Origin: Octopus bimaculoides
Lineage: Eukaryota
DNA length: 64,000 nt
Direction: 5' to 3'
Assembly (NCBI RefSeq): GCF_001194135.2
Contig: NC_069004.1
Location: 19,777,751 to 19,841,750, forward strand
The position numbers were made by a program, and so were the translations under genes. The notes under the pieces are model-generated. The model worked only from the letters and a program-made list of their open reading frames with translations. It made no database searches and had not been told where the DNA came from. This document shows, in pieces, positions 1 to 13,851 of the stretch (position 1 is its first letter; every line of letters begins with the position of its first letter).

Positions 1-25
1 AAACAAAATTACCATACGGGACAGG

Positions 26-425
26 CATCATCATCATCATCATCATCGTTTAACGTCCGCTTTCCATGCTAGCATGGGTTGGACGATTTGACTGAGGACT
101 GGTGACTCCAATCTGATTTGGCAGAGTTTCTACAGCTGGATGCCCTTCCTAACACCAACCACTCCAAGAGTGTAGTAGGTGCTTTTACGTGTCACCGGCA
201 CGAAGGCCAGTCAGGCGATACTGGCAACGGCCACGCTCAAAATGGTGTATTTTATGTGCCACTCGCACAAGAGCCAGTCCAGGGGCACTGGCAACGATCT
301 CGCTCGAAAGTCCTTACATATGCCACGGGCACAAGTGCCAGAAAGACGACGCTGGCTACAGGTGCCATCCTGCAATCCGATTCCAGCAGTGCATTTTCGG
401 GAGGCCCAACTTTGCATATAAGACC
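26..425 (-). mobile_element. SINE with RTE-like (GAT)n 3' tail
   Basis: Reverse complement of the family at 3929-4466, 60595-60992 and 63691-64000; (CAT)n tail at 26-48. Confidence 0.8.
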
Positions 426-834
426 TGGAGTAAATTTCTGAGATCATTTTTCAGAAAAACTGTGAGTCTTATATACCACCAGGTATGGTGAATTAAAGCA
501 ATTATTTAATTCATCATCATCATCATTATTATCGTCATTATTTAATGCCCATTTTCCATACAGACATGGGTTGGACAATTTGACAGGAATTGGCAAATCA
601 GAAGGCTACCCCAAGCTCTACTGTCTGTTTTGGCTCTTCCTAATGCCAGCCACTTTACAGAGTGTATTGGATGATTTTTGTGTGGCACCAGCAGTGGTGA
701 GGTCACCAAGTGACTTGCAAGACAAAACTCCGCAACTGGTGGGAGGAGGGAGTCATATTGAGGGATGGAGAAGGTGTTTTGCATTAGAAGAGAAATATTC
801 AATGACAATAAATCTTATTATTTAAATGAGAAAT

Positions 835-1055
835 TAAGATGGCAAACTGGCAGAGTTGTTAGCACATCAGGCTGAAATACTTAATGATATTTCATCCATC
901 TGTACGTTCTGAGTTCAAATTCTGCCAAGGTCAACATTGTCTTTCATCCTTTCAGGGTTGATAAAATAAGTACCAGTTGAATACTGGATTTGATGTAATC
1001 GACTTATCCTGGCCCCCAAAATGGCTGGCCTTGTGCTAAAATTTGAAATCAATAT
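835..1055 (+). mobile_element. tRNA-derived SINE with CORE-like central segment
   Basis: B-box-like GTTCAAATTC followed by CTTTCATCCTTTCAGGGTTGATAAAATAAGTACC. Further copies at 1500-1722 (+), 21830-22015 (-) and 30990-31130 (-), and in tandem arrays. Confidence 0.7.
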
Positions 1056-2451
1056 TTAAATGCAATCAATATTTAAATTGGCACATCTAGGTTGGGTTTT
1101 TTTTTTTTAAATTGTTTTTTAATGATTTAATTAATTTTAATGAAAGTTCTGATTTTATTTCAGCAATGGTCATTAAACTCTACCCTTACGTCACAAATTG
1201 ATATTGCTACACCAAAGAATAGCTGTGGTTTTAAAGTCAGCCAGATCCAATGCAAAGATACAAAATCCTCCCATAAGGTCAGTCTCCGCAGGAGAGTCAT
1301 GGGGTAGGGGTGGGCTTAGTTCATTTCATCAACCACTTATTTCTGATTGGTACTTAATATAGAATTTTGTATTTGGTTTGCAAGATTCCAGATACTCGTA
1401 TGTTGAAACAGACTTTGTTGTATTTTGGGAAGGTCATTATGCCAATAATAAACACCCACACTGGTTTGATTTCATGTCTTTTTATTATTGTTAGTCAACT
1501 TAAAGGTGGTGAGCTGGCAGAATTGTTACCATGTTGGACAAAATACTTAGTGGCATTTCTTCTGACTCTTTATATTACTTCTTTATGTTACTTGAAGTTG
1601 ACTTTGCTCTTCATCCTTTCAGAGCTGATAAAATAAGTACCAGTTGAACACTAGGATCGATGAAATCAATTTACTCACTCCTATAATCACTGGCCTTGTG
1701 CCAAAATTTAAAACCATTATTATTCATCAACTATTTAATCATTTAACCAATTAACTAACCAGTTATTTGATTAATTATCCAGTTAATCAGTCTGTAAAAA
1801 GTTTGATAGTTGTCATAGAGACTTTAGTCTCTCTCTATCACCTTTCAACAGCATTATATATGAAGAGACATTAGAACAATTTTACAACATAATAAAAATA
1901 AGTTTTATTTTTTTTGATGATGCTTGGTTTCACAATTCCTGTCATTCAGCTTAGCAGCCGCTGATTAAGTTGTAGTTGGTATTGGAAAGTTAAGAGCTTC
2001 CTTGATGCCTGCCAGAGAAGCAAGTAGCTATCACCATCGAAGGCATCGTGGTGAAGAGTGCTTCGTTGAGGAGCGAGGAGTTGTCACGAAGAAGGTCTGT
2101 CGTGCAACTCCCTAAGAAAATGAAACTCACTCTTTAAGTACTAGTTTTACTATGCATGCGCACTCAAGGGGCTTCCGGTGGTGAAGTCCCTTGTGCATGC
2201 ACAGAATAGTACTTCCTCAATGGCGGCTATAATTTCGTGCCACTACAAGTCCATCAGAGTTCTTTTGTAGCCATTTGCAATCTGTGATATGCCCTCTCTA
2301 CACCAGGTCTATTTGTCCTCTAGTTTACAGATATTGTATTTATAATTATAGGAAGACCTGGAGCAGAGAGGTCAATACTGTTTTCCACTTCCATACCCTA
2401 CACCTTGTCTTGTTAAATTATTATATTTTTTGTATTTTTTTTCCCCCTCAG

Positions 2452-2750
2452 GTTCAACACATCTGTTTGATGAGTCTTGAGTTACTTATGAGGACACGTG
2501 GAGACAGATGTCCAGATCCTCAGACAGATGATATCCAAGCTGCTTTCTGTGTTTTCTTACAAGATTCCAAACCTGGTGATATGGTAACAGTTGTTATTGT
2601 TGTTGATGATGACCACCTGTCTTTGAGGGCTCCAAAAGGCTCAAACCGTAGTCGTACATTACATGCTACAGCTCTACCTGAAGGGGTTGACATCATCCAT
2701 GTGACAGATGAAACTGAGCTGATGCATAAAATAGAAAGTCTGGTTCAAAG
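2452..2750 (+). CDS. REV3L: REV3L exon, start of exonuclease-like domain
   Basis: ccctcag|GTT...CAAAG|gtttgt. VQHICLMSLELLMRTRGDRCPDPQTDDIQAAFC...DETELMHKIESLVQ resembles the REV3 ELHxRTR-DxxPDP segment. Confidence 0.9.
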
Positions 2751-5700
2751 GTTTGTAAACATAACTAAACTTAAACAAAATATTTCTAATATTGACCTTT
2801 TGACCTTTGACATTTCATAACCAGGGAAATTATCATTAGATGATCAATTATGTTGTTTAACCCCAGGTCAATCCTGATTGAGCAAACCTGTGATCATAGG
2901 TATTCCAGTATTAGACATATCATCTCTTTTTAACATATCTAAGACCAAATTATCTAATGTGTCTTCCTCTTTTTTCAAGACAATCAGGTGTGATCTGAGG
3001 GAGATTTGGCTGCTATTCTAGTATGTTAATTAATCTCATTGAGGCTCCTCATTGGTCCGTGAAATAGCTACAATATATTCAATGGTAGAGGAACTGGATG
3101 TTAAGATAGCCTATCCATTGGCTTGGCTTGACCCCTTAACTTCCAATAAGAGTCATAAAGGCACCTTTGTGGCATACAGTCCACCAGGTTTCCTTAATCT
3201 GTCACATCTGTGGGCCAGAGCTCAGGTCTCTATTAATGATTTAACTGTGCATCCCTGTAGCTGCCTCAGCCTTCCTCTACAACTCACCTTTTAACTCGCA
3301 TCCCTTCACTCTTCTGTCTATGGCACTAATCACTCTGACACTGTGAACAATATCATTCCCTTACACTCCGTATTATCTCCCTAATATTGCCCCTTACCAC
3401 CCCCTTTTCCTGCTTGACCTACTGCTATTTCCTTCACTCCTCCCCACAAATGATACTCTCCACCATGTACCTTATTATTATTACTATTTTTATTATTGCA
3501 GTTGGGATCCTGATATGCTCATTGGTTATGAAGTCACCACCTTGTCATGGGGTTACTTACTACAGAGGGCTGCCTACCTTAATATAGAACTGGCTTCCAA
3601 AATTTCCAGAATTCCAAGTAATTATTCTTTTAAATGTTTAAATGTCTGGGATGATATATTGTAAATACGATTACAAATTTTCTGGTTTATTCATCATTTG
3701 CACACAATAATTGAACAGGAAGGTCACAACACAAAATTGAGAGCCTACCAAAGTTAATGAGAGACTAAAATCCCTGCTACAACATATCAATTGTGACTAC
3801 TTGAAGAAGAAGTTGTAGGTGGTGGTGCTGCTGCTGCTGCTGTTGTTGTAATTTCCATCAATAAAAGGTCCTTTTTGTTAAGCCAAAATCCAAAATCCAA
3901 GGCCTCTGCCAGGGATGTAGCCAGCCCACTTATGCGTACCTCTCCTTCATTGGACACTAAACTCGGCTTGCTTGCAAAGACTTGTTGGGGCAAGCGAAAG
4001 CGAAATTGTGATGGTACCTGTACCAGTGGAGCACTAAGAGCACTGTTCGAGCGTGATTGTTACCAGCGTTGCCTTACTGGCACTTGTGTCGGTGGCACGT
4101 GAAAGAACATTCGAGCGAGGTCATTGCCAGTGCCGCTGGACTGGCTCCTGTGCAGGTACCACATAAAAAACACCATTTTGAGCGTGGCCATTGCCAGTGC
4201 CGCCTGACTGGCGTTCATTGCCAGTACCACCTGACTGGCCTTTGTTGCCAGTACCACCTGACTGGCCTTCATGCCGGTGGCACGTAAAAGCACCCACTAC
4301 ACTCTCGGAGTGGTTGGCATTAGGAAGGGCATCCAGCTGTAGAAACTCTGCCAAATCAGATTGAACCTGGTGCAGCCATCTGGTTCACCAGTCCTCAGTC
4401 AAATCGTCCAACCCATGCCAGCATGGAAAGCGGACGTTAAACGATGATGATGATGATGATGATGATTTCTGAAATACATTATCTTTGTTTCAGCTAATTT
4501 TTAGAAAAATGAAGAATTTAGTAAAATGATTTTGCTATTATTAAGGTGGTGGCGGTGGTCGCAGTGGTGGCGGCGGTAACAACACAAATTAACATTAAAT
4601 TCTTATGGAAAATTTTAGTTTAGATCACTTTAAAACAGGAAAACTGTATAGAACTGTATACAACTATAGAAAACTGTATAAAACTGTATGGAAAAACTGT
4701 ATAAGATTATATAAAAAAACATAGGGAAATTGTATAGAACTGAGAGTAATCTTAGGAATGTTGATATCCAATTGATCAATCCTACTTGCTGTGTGGAGGC
4801 GCAATGGCCCAGTGGTTAGGGCAGCAGACTTGCGGTCATAGGATCGCAGTTTCGATTCCCAGACCGGGCGTTGTGAGTGTTTATTGAGCGAAAACACCTA
4901 AAGCTCCATGAGGCTCCGGCAGGGGATTGTGGCGAACCCTGCTGTACTCTTCCACCACAACTTTCTCTCATTCTTTCTTCCTGTTTCTGTTGTGCCTGTA
5001 ATTCAAAGGGTCAGCCTTGTCACACTGTGTCACGCTGAATATCCCCGAGAACTACATTAAGGGTACACGTGTCTGTGGAATGCTCAGCCACTNNNNNNNN
5101 NNNNNNNNNNNNNNNNNNNNNNNNNNNNNNNNNNNNNNNNNNNNNNNNNNNNNNNNNNNNNNNNNNNNNNNNNNNNNNNNNNNNNNNNNNNNNNNNNNNN
5201 NNNNNNNNNNNNNNNNNNNNNNNNNNNNNNNNNNNNNNNNNNNNNNNNNNNNNNNNNNNNNNNNNNNNNNNNNNNNNNNNNNNNNNNNNNNNNNNNNNNN
5301 NNNNNNNNNNNNNNNNNNNNNNNNNNNNNNNNNNNNNNNNNNNNNNNNNNNNNNNNNNNNNNNNNNNNNNNNNNNNNNNNNNNNNNNNNNNNNNNNNNNN
5401 NNNNNNNNNNNNNNNNNNNNNNNNNNNNNNNNNNNNNNNNNNNNNNNNNNNNNNNNNNNNNNNNNNNNNNNNNNNNNNNNNNNNNNNNNNNNNNNNNNNN
5501 NNNNNNNNNNNNNNNNNNNNNNNNNNNNNNNNNNNNNNNNNNNNNNNNNNNNNNNNNNNNNNNNNNNNNNNNNNNNNNNNNNNNNNNNNNNNNNNNNNNN
5601 NNNNNNNNNNNNNNNNNNNNNNNNNNNNNNNNNNNNNNNNNNNNNNNNNNNNNNNNNNNNNNNNNNNNNNNNNNNNNNNNNNNNNNNNNNNNNNNNNNNN

Positions 5701-6113
5701 NNNNNNNNNNNNNNNNNNNNNNNNNNNNNNNNNNNNNNNNNNNNNNNNNNNNNNNNNNNNNNNNNNNNNNNNNNNNNNNNNNNNNNNNNNNNNNNNNNNN
5801 NNNNNNNNNNNNNNNNNNNNNNNNNNNNNNNNNNNNNNNNNNNNNNNNNNNNNNNNNNNNNNNNNNCTGTCTTTAAAATGGGGGAATCATGTCTTTTTGT
5901 CTTTTTTATTTTTTACTTACTTAACAGTGGCCATGCTGGGGCAACATCTTGAAAAACTTTTACTTGAATGGATCAACTCCAGTACTTTTTTTTTAAGCCT
6001 GGTACTTATTCTATTGGTCTCATATGCCAAACTGCTAAGTTACAAGGATGTAAACACACCAACACCAGTTGCCAAGCAGTAGGGTGGGGGAACAATCACA
6101 AATATAAAGACAC

Positions 6114-6144
<31 letters not shown>

Positions 6145-7284
6145 TAATACAGGATAGGACAAGAACACAAAACATCCAGACAGTTAGGTGATACAGGAAA
6201 GGGACAAAACATCCACATAGACGATACAAAGAAAACACGGACATGTCATTCGGAGTTTTCTTTCCTCAGTCGACATTCAGATTATCTTTGCCATTTCAGC
6301 TGGTTATTCTAGATATTGCTCCAATCTGGCCAGCCCCAAGGAAAAACTAAGCTAAGAGTATTAGATTCCTTGGAAGAAAGCAGCGAATATATATAATATA
6401 ATAAAGGATAAATTCTTTATAAGAATTTATCAAGTAGTCAGCGTGAAAAAAACCTCATAATGAAAAAAATAATGAAAAAAATTTCGTAATGAAAAAAATT
6501 CATCATTTTTTCATAAATATAAATAATTTTATATATAAGGGCATTAACTGTGTAGTAATGCCTCACGCTTCGAGGGACTAAATAAGTAAAAAATAAGTCA
6601 GTTTTTGACTTATTTAGTCCCTCGAAGCGTGAGGCATTACTACACAGTTAATGCCCTTTATATATAAAATTATATATATATATATATATATGCACACGAT
6701 GAGCTTCTTTCAGTTTCCATCTACCAAATTCACTCACAAGGCTTTGGTTGCCCAAAGTGCCACACAGTGCGACTGAACCCAGAACCATGTGGTTGGAAAG
6801 CAAGCTTTTTACCACATGACTATGCCTGTGCCTATGTTCTACACTAAAGATATCTTCTCTTCATCAATGCCTTACATTTACTTTACCACTTTTGTATTGG
6901 TTGGACAGTATTTCTGATGCTGTCTTTTACAACCAGATGGTCTTCCTGTTGACAAATATTTTATTCTCTTCTTATGACATGCAAGGAGACATGGTGTGCC
7001 TGTTCAAAAACTGACATACATTTGCTGTACTCCACAATAAAGATATTCTGGTAATAACGAAAACATTGACCATGATTTGACCAGTGACTGCTATCTTTTA
7101 CTGGCTTCACTCATTAGACTGCTGCCGTGTTAGAGCACTGCTTTTAAGAATTCTTAGCCTAAAGAATCAACCCAAGTACATTTTTTAAAGCCTGATACTT
7201 ATTCTATCGATTTCAATTGTTGGACCGCTAAGTTACAAAAAGTAAACAGACCAACACCAGTTGTTAAGCAGTGCTAGGAGACAA

Positions 7285-7323
<39 letters not shown>

Positions 7324-9524
7324 TATGTGGTTCAGAAGCAAGCTTCTTACCACACAGCCCACCTTCACCTATACCATAGGTTTACTGAAACAGTGGTTAG
7401 TCTTTCACAACAGAACTCTATAAAGTCGGTCTAATAACAGCAACATCCTGGAAAAATTTATTTTCAAATATTAATGATAAAGTTTTTTTCTTTTGCAATT
7501 TAAATAATTTATATAACCTTCAATACTTTGTTTTTCTATAAATCATTTCAAATAATTTCTTACATTTGACAGGTCACACTGAATATTTACACATTTGAGA
7601 ATGTATATTTTCATGTGTTGCACCAACGGATACCACACTACTCAAACAAATCATTGACAACATGGTTCAATCACCAGACAGACTTACATAGGTTTGTCTT
7701 TGTCTTCATTTCATTTTGTTTTGGCTAAATTCAGCCATAGAACACCACACTTATCTTTTTATCTTTTACTTGTTTCAGTCATTAGACTGTGGCCATGCTT
7801 GAGCACTGCCTTGGGGGATTTTAATTCAAATGACTCAACCTCAGTACGTTTTTTTTAAGCCTGGTACTTATTCTATCGGTCTCTAGTGCTGAACTACTAA
7901 GTTACTGGGACAGAAGCACACAAACACCAGTTGTCAAGCAGTGATAGGGGACAAACACAGACACAAAGACACATACATGTAGACATGTATATATATGATG
8001 GGCTTCTTTCAGTTTCTATCTACCAAATCCACTCACAAGGTTTTGATCAGCCGAAGTCTATAGTAGAAGACACTTGTTCAAAGTGCCATGCAGTGGGATT
8101 GAACCTGGAACCATGTGGTTAGGAAACAAACTTCTAATCATTCAGCCATGCCTGTGCCTGGATAGATTTTATATAGAATTTTTTTTTCCTTTTTTGTTGA
8201 TGGTTAAATGTTTGACTTGCTGTGATAGCTTTCGTTTCTCCTCCCCCTCCCCCCAACTCCTCCTCCTCCAGGTTTCTTTCAGTTTCCATCTACCAAATCC
8301 ACTCACAAGGCTTTGGTCAGCCCAAGATGTTACACAGTGGGAGTGAACCTGGAACCATGTGACTGAGAAGCAGACATCTTACCACACTGCCACACCTGCA
8401 CCTTAATTTAAGTAAAAATGAAGTCTAAAAACCATTTGTCAGTTTTGTTGGGAATGAGACAACCAACCTCCCTGGTTACAATGAACAAATAAACAGAAAC
8501 AACACAGAGTAGGAAGGACTTTTTAGTCTTTCTGAGAAAGAGACAACTTCCCTGATGTTGGTGCCATACTGAGATATACCTAGTACACTATGTAAAGTGG
8601 TTGGTGACAGGAAAGGCATCCATTCGTAGAAAACATACCATAAAAATGGAACATACAAGTGAGACATACTTCCAAACCATCTTGGAGAGCAGTCTAATGA
8701 CTGAAACAAGTAAAGGATAGAAGATAACAATAATAATGATGATACAGTTCTATATTTAAGAGATGAATTATTTACATTATTTACAATTGACGGATATTTG
8801 TCCTCATCTTGTTTGTCGTCGTCGTCGTTGTTGTTGTTCAGGTCACTGCCTGGAATCGAACTCGGAATCTTGGGGTTAGTAGCCTGCGCTCTTAACCACT
8901 ACGCCATATGATGATCTTTTAAACTTGTATTGATAACAGTTTATATCCTTATCTTTTCCACATAGATTCGTCAAATTCATTAATGTAATTTGGTTTGTTT
9001 GACCATGTCTTTTTTCTTTTTTTTAATTGCATGTCAACAGATGGCGAGTATTGAATTACTACATTATCAGATCAAAAGGAAATACTTCCCTTATTGAAAG
9101 TCTGGACCTGATCAGCAAAACCAGTGAGATGGCCCGTGTATTTGGCATTGAGTTCTACCATGTTCTGTCAAGAGGTTCTCAGGTAAGGACCAACTCGATT
9201 TCAAATCTTTCCATTGACTTTAACTACAAGGCAACTCACTCCCAGATGGGTGCAATTGGTTCTGTTGATGTCTACTCTGAACATCTATAGAAAAAAAAAC
9301 ATAGGAACTGCAACAGAGGGAACTTCACTGAAAACAACTTTGAGGATTCTAGCCATCATTGCCACCATTATCAATCCTAGGTGCTTGCATGGCTGTGTGG
9401 TAAGAAGTTTGCTTCCCAACCACATAGTCTTGGGTTCATTCCCAGGGTGTGGCACCTTGGGCATCTGTCTTCAACTGTAGCCTTGTGAGTGGATTTAGTA
9501 GACAGAAACTGAAAGAAGCATATC

Positions 9525-9558
<34 letters not shown>

Positions 9559-12500
9559 GTGTTTGTGTTTATCCCCTACTACCTCTTGATAACAGGTGTT
9601 GGTTTGTTTATGTCCTCATAACTTAGTGGTATGGCAAAAGAGACTGATAGAATAAGTACCAACCTTTAAAAAAAATAAGTATTTGGGTTGATTCAGTTAA
9701 CTAAAATTCTTCAAGGCAGTGCTTCAGCATGGCCACAGTCTAATGACTGAAACAAGTAAAAGATAAAAGATATCTGCTTTTTCCATGCTGTGCCAAACAG
9801 ACGCTGGTGCCATGATTAACCAGTGAGCTTGTTAATATATATAATACTGAGGGTTAATATTTATCCCCACTTAAACATGGTTGTTCTGTTAGAACAAACT
9901 GTACTGTGGTAGTTACCATGAGAGATACTCTGATATTGGTAATTGTGACACCAGCACCTGTTCTGGTGCTGTTCTTTTATATATTGCTAGTGGGGAGATG
10001 AGTCGCTGCTCTCTCTAGCAGTAGAGTGTCCATCATTGACAAGACCAAGAAAGGTTGAAACCATGTGATCTGGTGGTCTCAGCACTAGAGATGGCAAGGA
10101 TTTATTTCCTCACTAGAGATATACACAAAAGTGCATTTTGCACCAAAAAGGCCAATATGAGAGTTTCTCTCATGGTATTCACCGCAGTATAGTTTGTTCT
10201 AAGAGAACATCCACATTTAAGTAAGGATAAATATTACCTCTTGGTATTAACACTGCCACTGTTGCTAATATATACTCTAATAATTCTATCAATCCAAAAT
10301 ATGATCAGTCCTCATCAGATACTCAAGCAAAATTTCACAAGAACTCATCATATTTTGATGTTTGTTACCAGGCATGGCTGTGTGGTAAGAAGTCTACTTC
10401 CCAACCACATGGTTCTAAGTGCAGTCCCACTGCGTGGCACCTTGGGCAAGTGCCTTCCTTGGGTTGACCAAAGCCTTGTGAGTGGTTTTGGTAGACAAAC
10501 TGAAAGAAGCCTATTGTATATATGTGTGTGTGTGTATCTGTGTTTGTCCTCCACCACCACTTGACAACTGGTGTTGGTGTGTTTATGTCCACATAACTTA
10601 GTAATTCGGCATAAGAGAACGACTGAAGAAGTAGCAAGCTTATAAAAAAGCACTGGGGTCAATTCATTGACTAAACAAATTCTTCAGGGTGGTGCCCCAG
10701 TCTAATGACTGAAACAAGTAAAAGATTTACTGAAACACTTTTAAGTTTGCATTTGTTATTGTTGATTTTATTTTTCTTTGAATCTTTTTTTTGCAGTACC
10801 GAGTTGAATCAATGATGTTAAGAATTGCCAAACCTCTCAATTTCGTGGCCGTATCTCCAAGCGTACATCAACGGAGTAAGATGCAAGCACCTGAGTGTAT
10901 TCCACTTACTCTTGAACCACTTTCCAATGTCTACACTGATCCAGTCGTCGTTTTAGATTTCCAGTCTCTCTACCCTTCCATCATGATTGCTTATAATTAT
11001 TGTTTCTCAACTTGTCTTGGCCGACTTGATCATTTGGCTACAGCTCAGTAAGTACCACTGTCTTTATGAAATTCTAAGATGTTCTTTACCTCATTCATCT
11101 AAACTAATGGTTCTCAACCATTTTTTACTTATGGATCCCTTTGACTCTTATTTTACTTGGGTGGATCCTCGTAGCCATTCCATGTTTAAAAATCCCCAAA
11201 TTTTTTTATAATTAAATATTGTGGAATGACTATTGGGAAGTGACTGCAGATTTGCCTGGGTGCCAAGCATTCTTTCCCATCCCAGTTACGGAAAAACTGG
11301 ACATTTTAATGTGGTGTGAAAGAAAGGAAGTTGTAAATCTAGTCGAGTTAATGGTTCCTCATGAAGATAATATGGATGCCGCGCGGGCTCGAAAGATTGA
11401 CTGTTATGTAAACCTCCTAAAGAAATGTGAAGACGCAGGCTGGAAAGCGGAGCATTTTCCAATCGATGTTGGATGTAGAAGATTTGTAGGACACAGTGTG
11501 AGATGACTGCTGTTATCATTAGGCCTGACTGGTAGCACTTGCATGTACGAGTTGTTTGCAAGACATATATAATAGTATAACCAATTTATTGCACACAAAC
11601 TTTAACAACAAAATCTTATATGAACCCTGGTTGAGAACTACTGATCTAACCCAAGGGTTCTCAACCATTTTTTACCCATGGACCCCTTTGATTACAATGT
11701 TATTCTGATGAACCTCTATAGCCATTCAATGTTTAAAAGCTAGTTTTATAGATACTTCTTTCAAAATTCCTATTTTGTATATTCAGTTATGTGAAACTGT
11801 GTGGCTTAGTGGTTAGGATTATCCACTCATGATCATAAGGTCACGAGTTCAATTCCCAGCGGCACGTTTTGTCCTTGAGCAAGACACTTTATTTTCACGT
11901 TGCTCCAGTCCACTCAGCTGGTAAAAATGTGTAGTACTTGTAATTCAAAGGGTCAGCCTCGTCACACTCTGTGTCACATGGAATCTCCCTGAGAACTATG
12001 TCTGTGGAGTGCTCAGCCATTTGCACATTAATTTTACAAGCAGGCTGTTCTGTTGATCGGATCAACTGGAGCCCTCATCATCGTAAGCAATGGGTTGCTA
12101 GTGCCATCCCATATTCAGTTATGTATATCTTTCAACTGAGAGATGAAAGTGAAAAAAAAAATTGTTGTTAGTTACTGCAATGATCTTGATGAGTAAGATA
12201 ATCAATCCTTCAAAAACCCTTGGGTCCATGGAAGAAAATTCATTGATATAAAAGGATCCTTTTGTATTGAAAAGGTTGAGAACCAGTAGTTTAGTCTGTT
12301 GTCATTGTTTAGTAAAGGCACGTGGCTCAGTGGTTAAAGTGTCAGGCTCTCAATCATGAAGTAGTGAATTCAATTCCCAGACTGGGCTGTGTGTTTTGTT
12401 CTTGAGCAAGACATTTTATTTTTTCATATTGCTCCAGTTCACTCAACTGTCGAAATGAGTTGCAACGTCACTGGTGCCAAACTGTATCAGCCTTTGCTTT

Positions 12501-13818
12501 TCCCTTCGATAATATTGGTGGTGTGGAAAGGCAAAACTGATATGTGTGGGTGACTGCTGGTCTTCCATAAACAACCTTTCCTGGACTTGTGCTTTGGAGG
12601 ATAAGTTTCTAGGTGCAATCCTATGGTCATTCATGAATGAAGAGGATCTTCCTCTTCATTGCTTAGCCCCAGTGTGACACATACATACAGACTTATGAAG
12701 AAAGGCATTACATCCATGACCACCCCATCTTTGTAGCAGTTTCATATCACTACATTATCTAATGTGTCTTTTTCATTTTCTTAAGATAGTACAGTGTGAT
12801 TTGAGAGGATGATTTAGCTGCCATTTCTAGCAAGTTGAGTTATTTGTTTTATTCTATGGAATAACTGATTAAGGTGCTAGAACTTCTAATTTAACATAGG
12901 CTCAAGACCACAAAATTTAGTGGGCAAGAAGGGTCGGTCGTTGAATTACTTAATTCTAATACTTAGGGGCTGCTTAATTTTATTAACTGCCTCAAAGTTG
13001 ACAACAGCAGAATTTGAACTCAGAACCTAAAGGGATATTTTGTTTGGTATTTTACTGGTTTTGCTCCTTCCTATCCTGTAATAATAAGAATGTTACAGAC
13101 ATAGTCAAGGTGGCAGTTATACCCATTTTGGCTTGGAAACAGAGAAATGGTAAAACATGCACCAAACATGGTACTAACAAGAAAAACAAAGCATTTGCAG
13201 CACATGCACACACACACAATTCTAGACTCCCCAGACACATTTTCAATAAAAACACCACCACTGCCACCAACACCAACAACAACAATAATAACATAATGTT
13301 TATTGTTGCTAAGTAATATGTATTATTATGCTTTGATCTTTTAGTGAAGGTCCCATTAAATTTGGTTGTACTCAATTAAAGATTCCACCAGATCTAATCA
13401 AGGTAGGTTCTTTTATCTTTCTTCCTATTTTTATGCTTTTTACATTTCAAAATTTTTTTTTTAATTTTCAATATTCATCTCTTTGATCGGTCTTTTTGAT
13501 TTTTTAACTTTTTTTGAGTGCTATTACAACATTCAAATTGGATGGATACACATACACACACATATTCATATATACAGGGTGCGATGGGTAAATTGTCACC
13601 ATTTTATATTCTTAATTTCGCACATGCTCATTGTTTGTTTTTGATTTTGTCAACTACACAGTATAATAGGGTCAGTTGAATAAATTATTGAATAAATTTA
13701 CACTTCAGTATTTCACGATATTTTTATGTAATTTTGGTAAATATATCTGATAAAATGATATGTCAGTGTTATTTTCATTTTTGTGTAATTTAGATGACAG
13801 TTTTTTCACCAGACCCTG

Positions 13819-13851
<33 letters not shown>

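Noticed and set aside
118-491. Recurrent short ORFs such as MAEFLQLDALPN and MSPARRPVRRYWQ
   Set aside because: They are translations of a multi-copy SINE, recurring at 4121, 28172, 60595 and 63707.
4795-4870. tRNA-like sequence with A and B boxes
   Set aside because: It continues into a SINE body with diverged copies elsewhere; no intact cloverleaf or acceptor stem.
5017-6082. Long ORFs in the track (also 28159-29454, 41846-42341, 45146-45443, 60905-61369)
   Set aside because: They are long only because they run through N gaps.
6240-6280. Minus-strand CTGAGGA...CGAA hammerhead-like motif (similar partial motifs at 2235-2260, 38221-38255 and 43247)
   Set aside because: Each lacks GAAA, stem III or a pairing stem I, so no valid hammerhead fold can be drawn.
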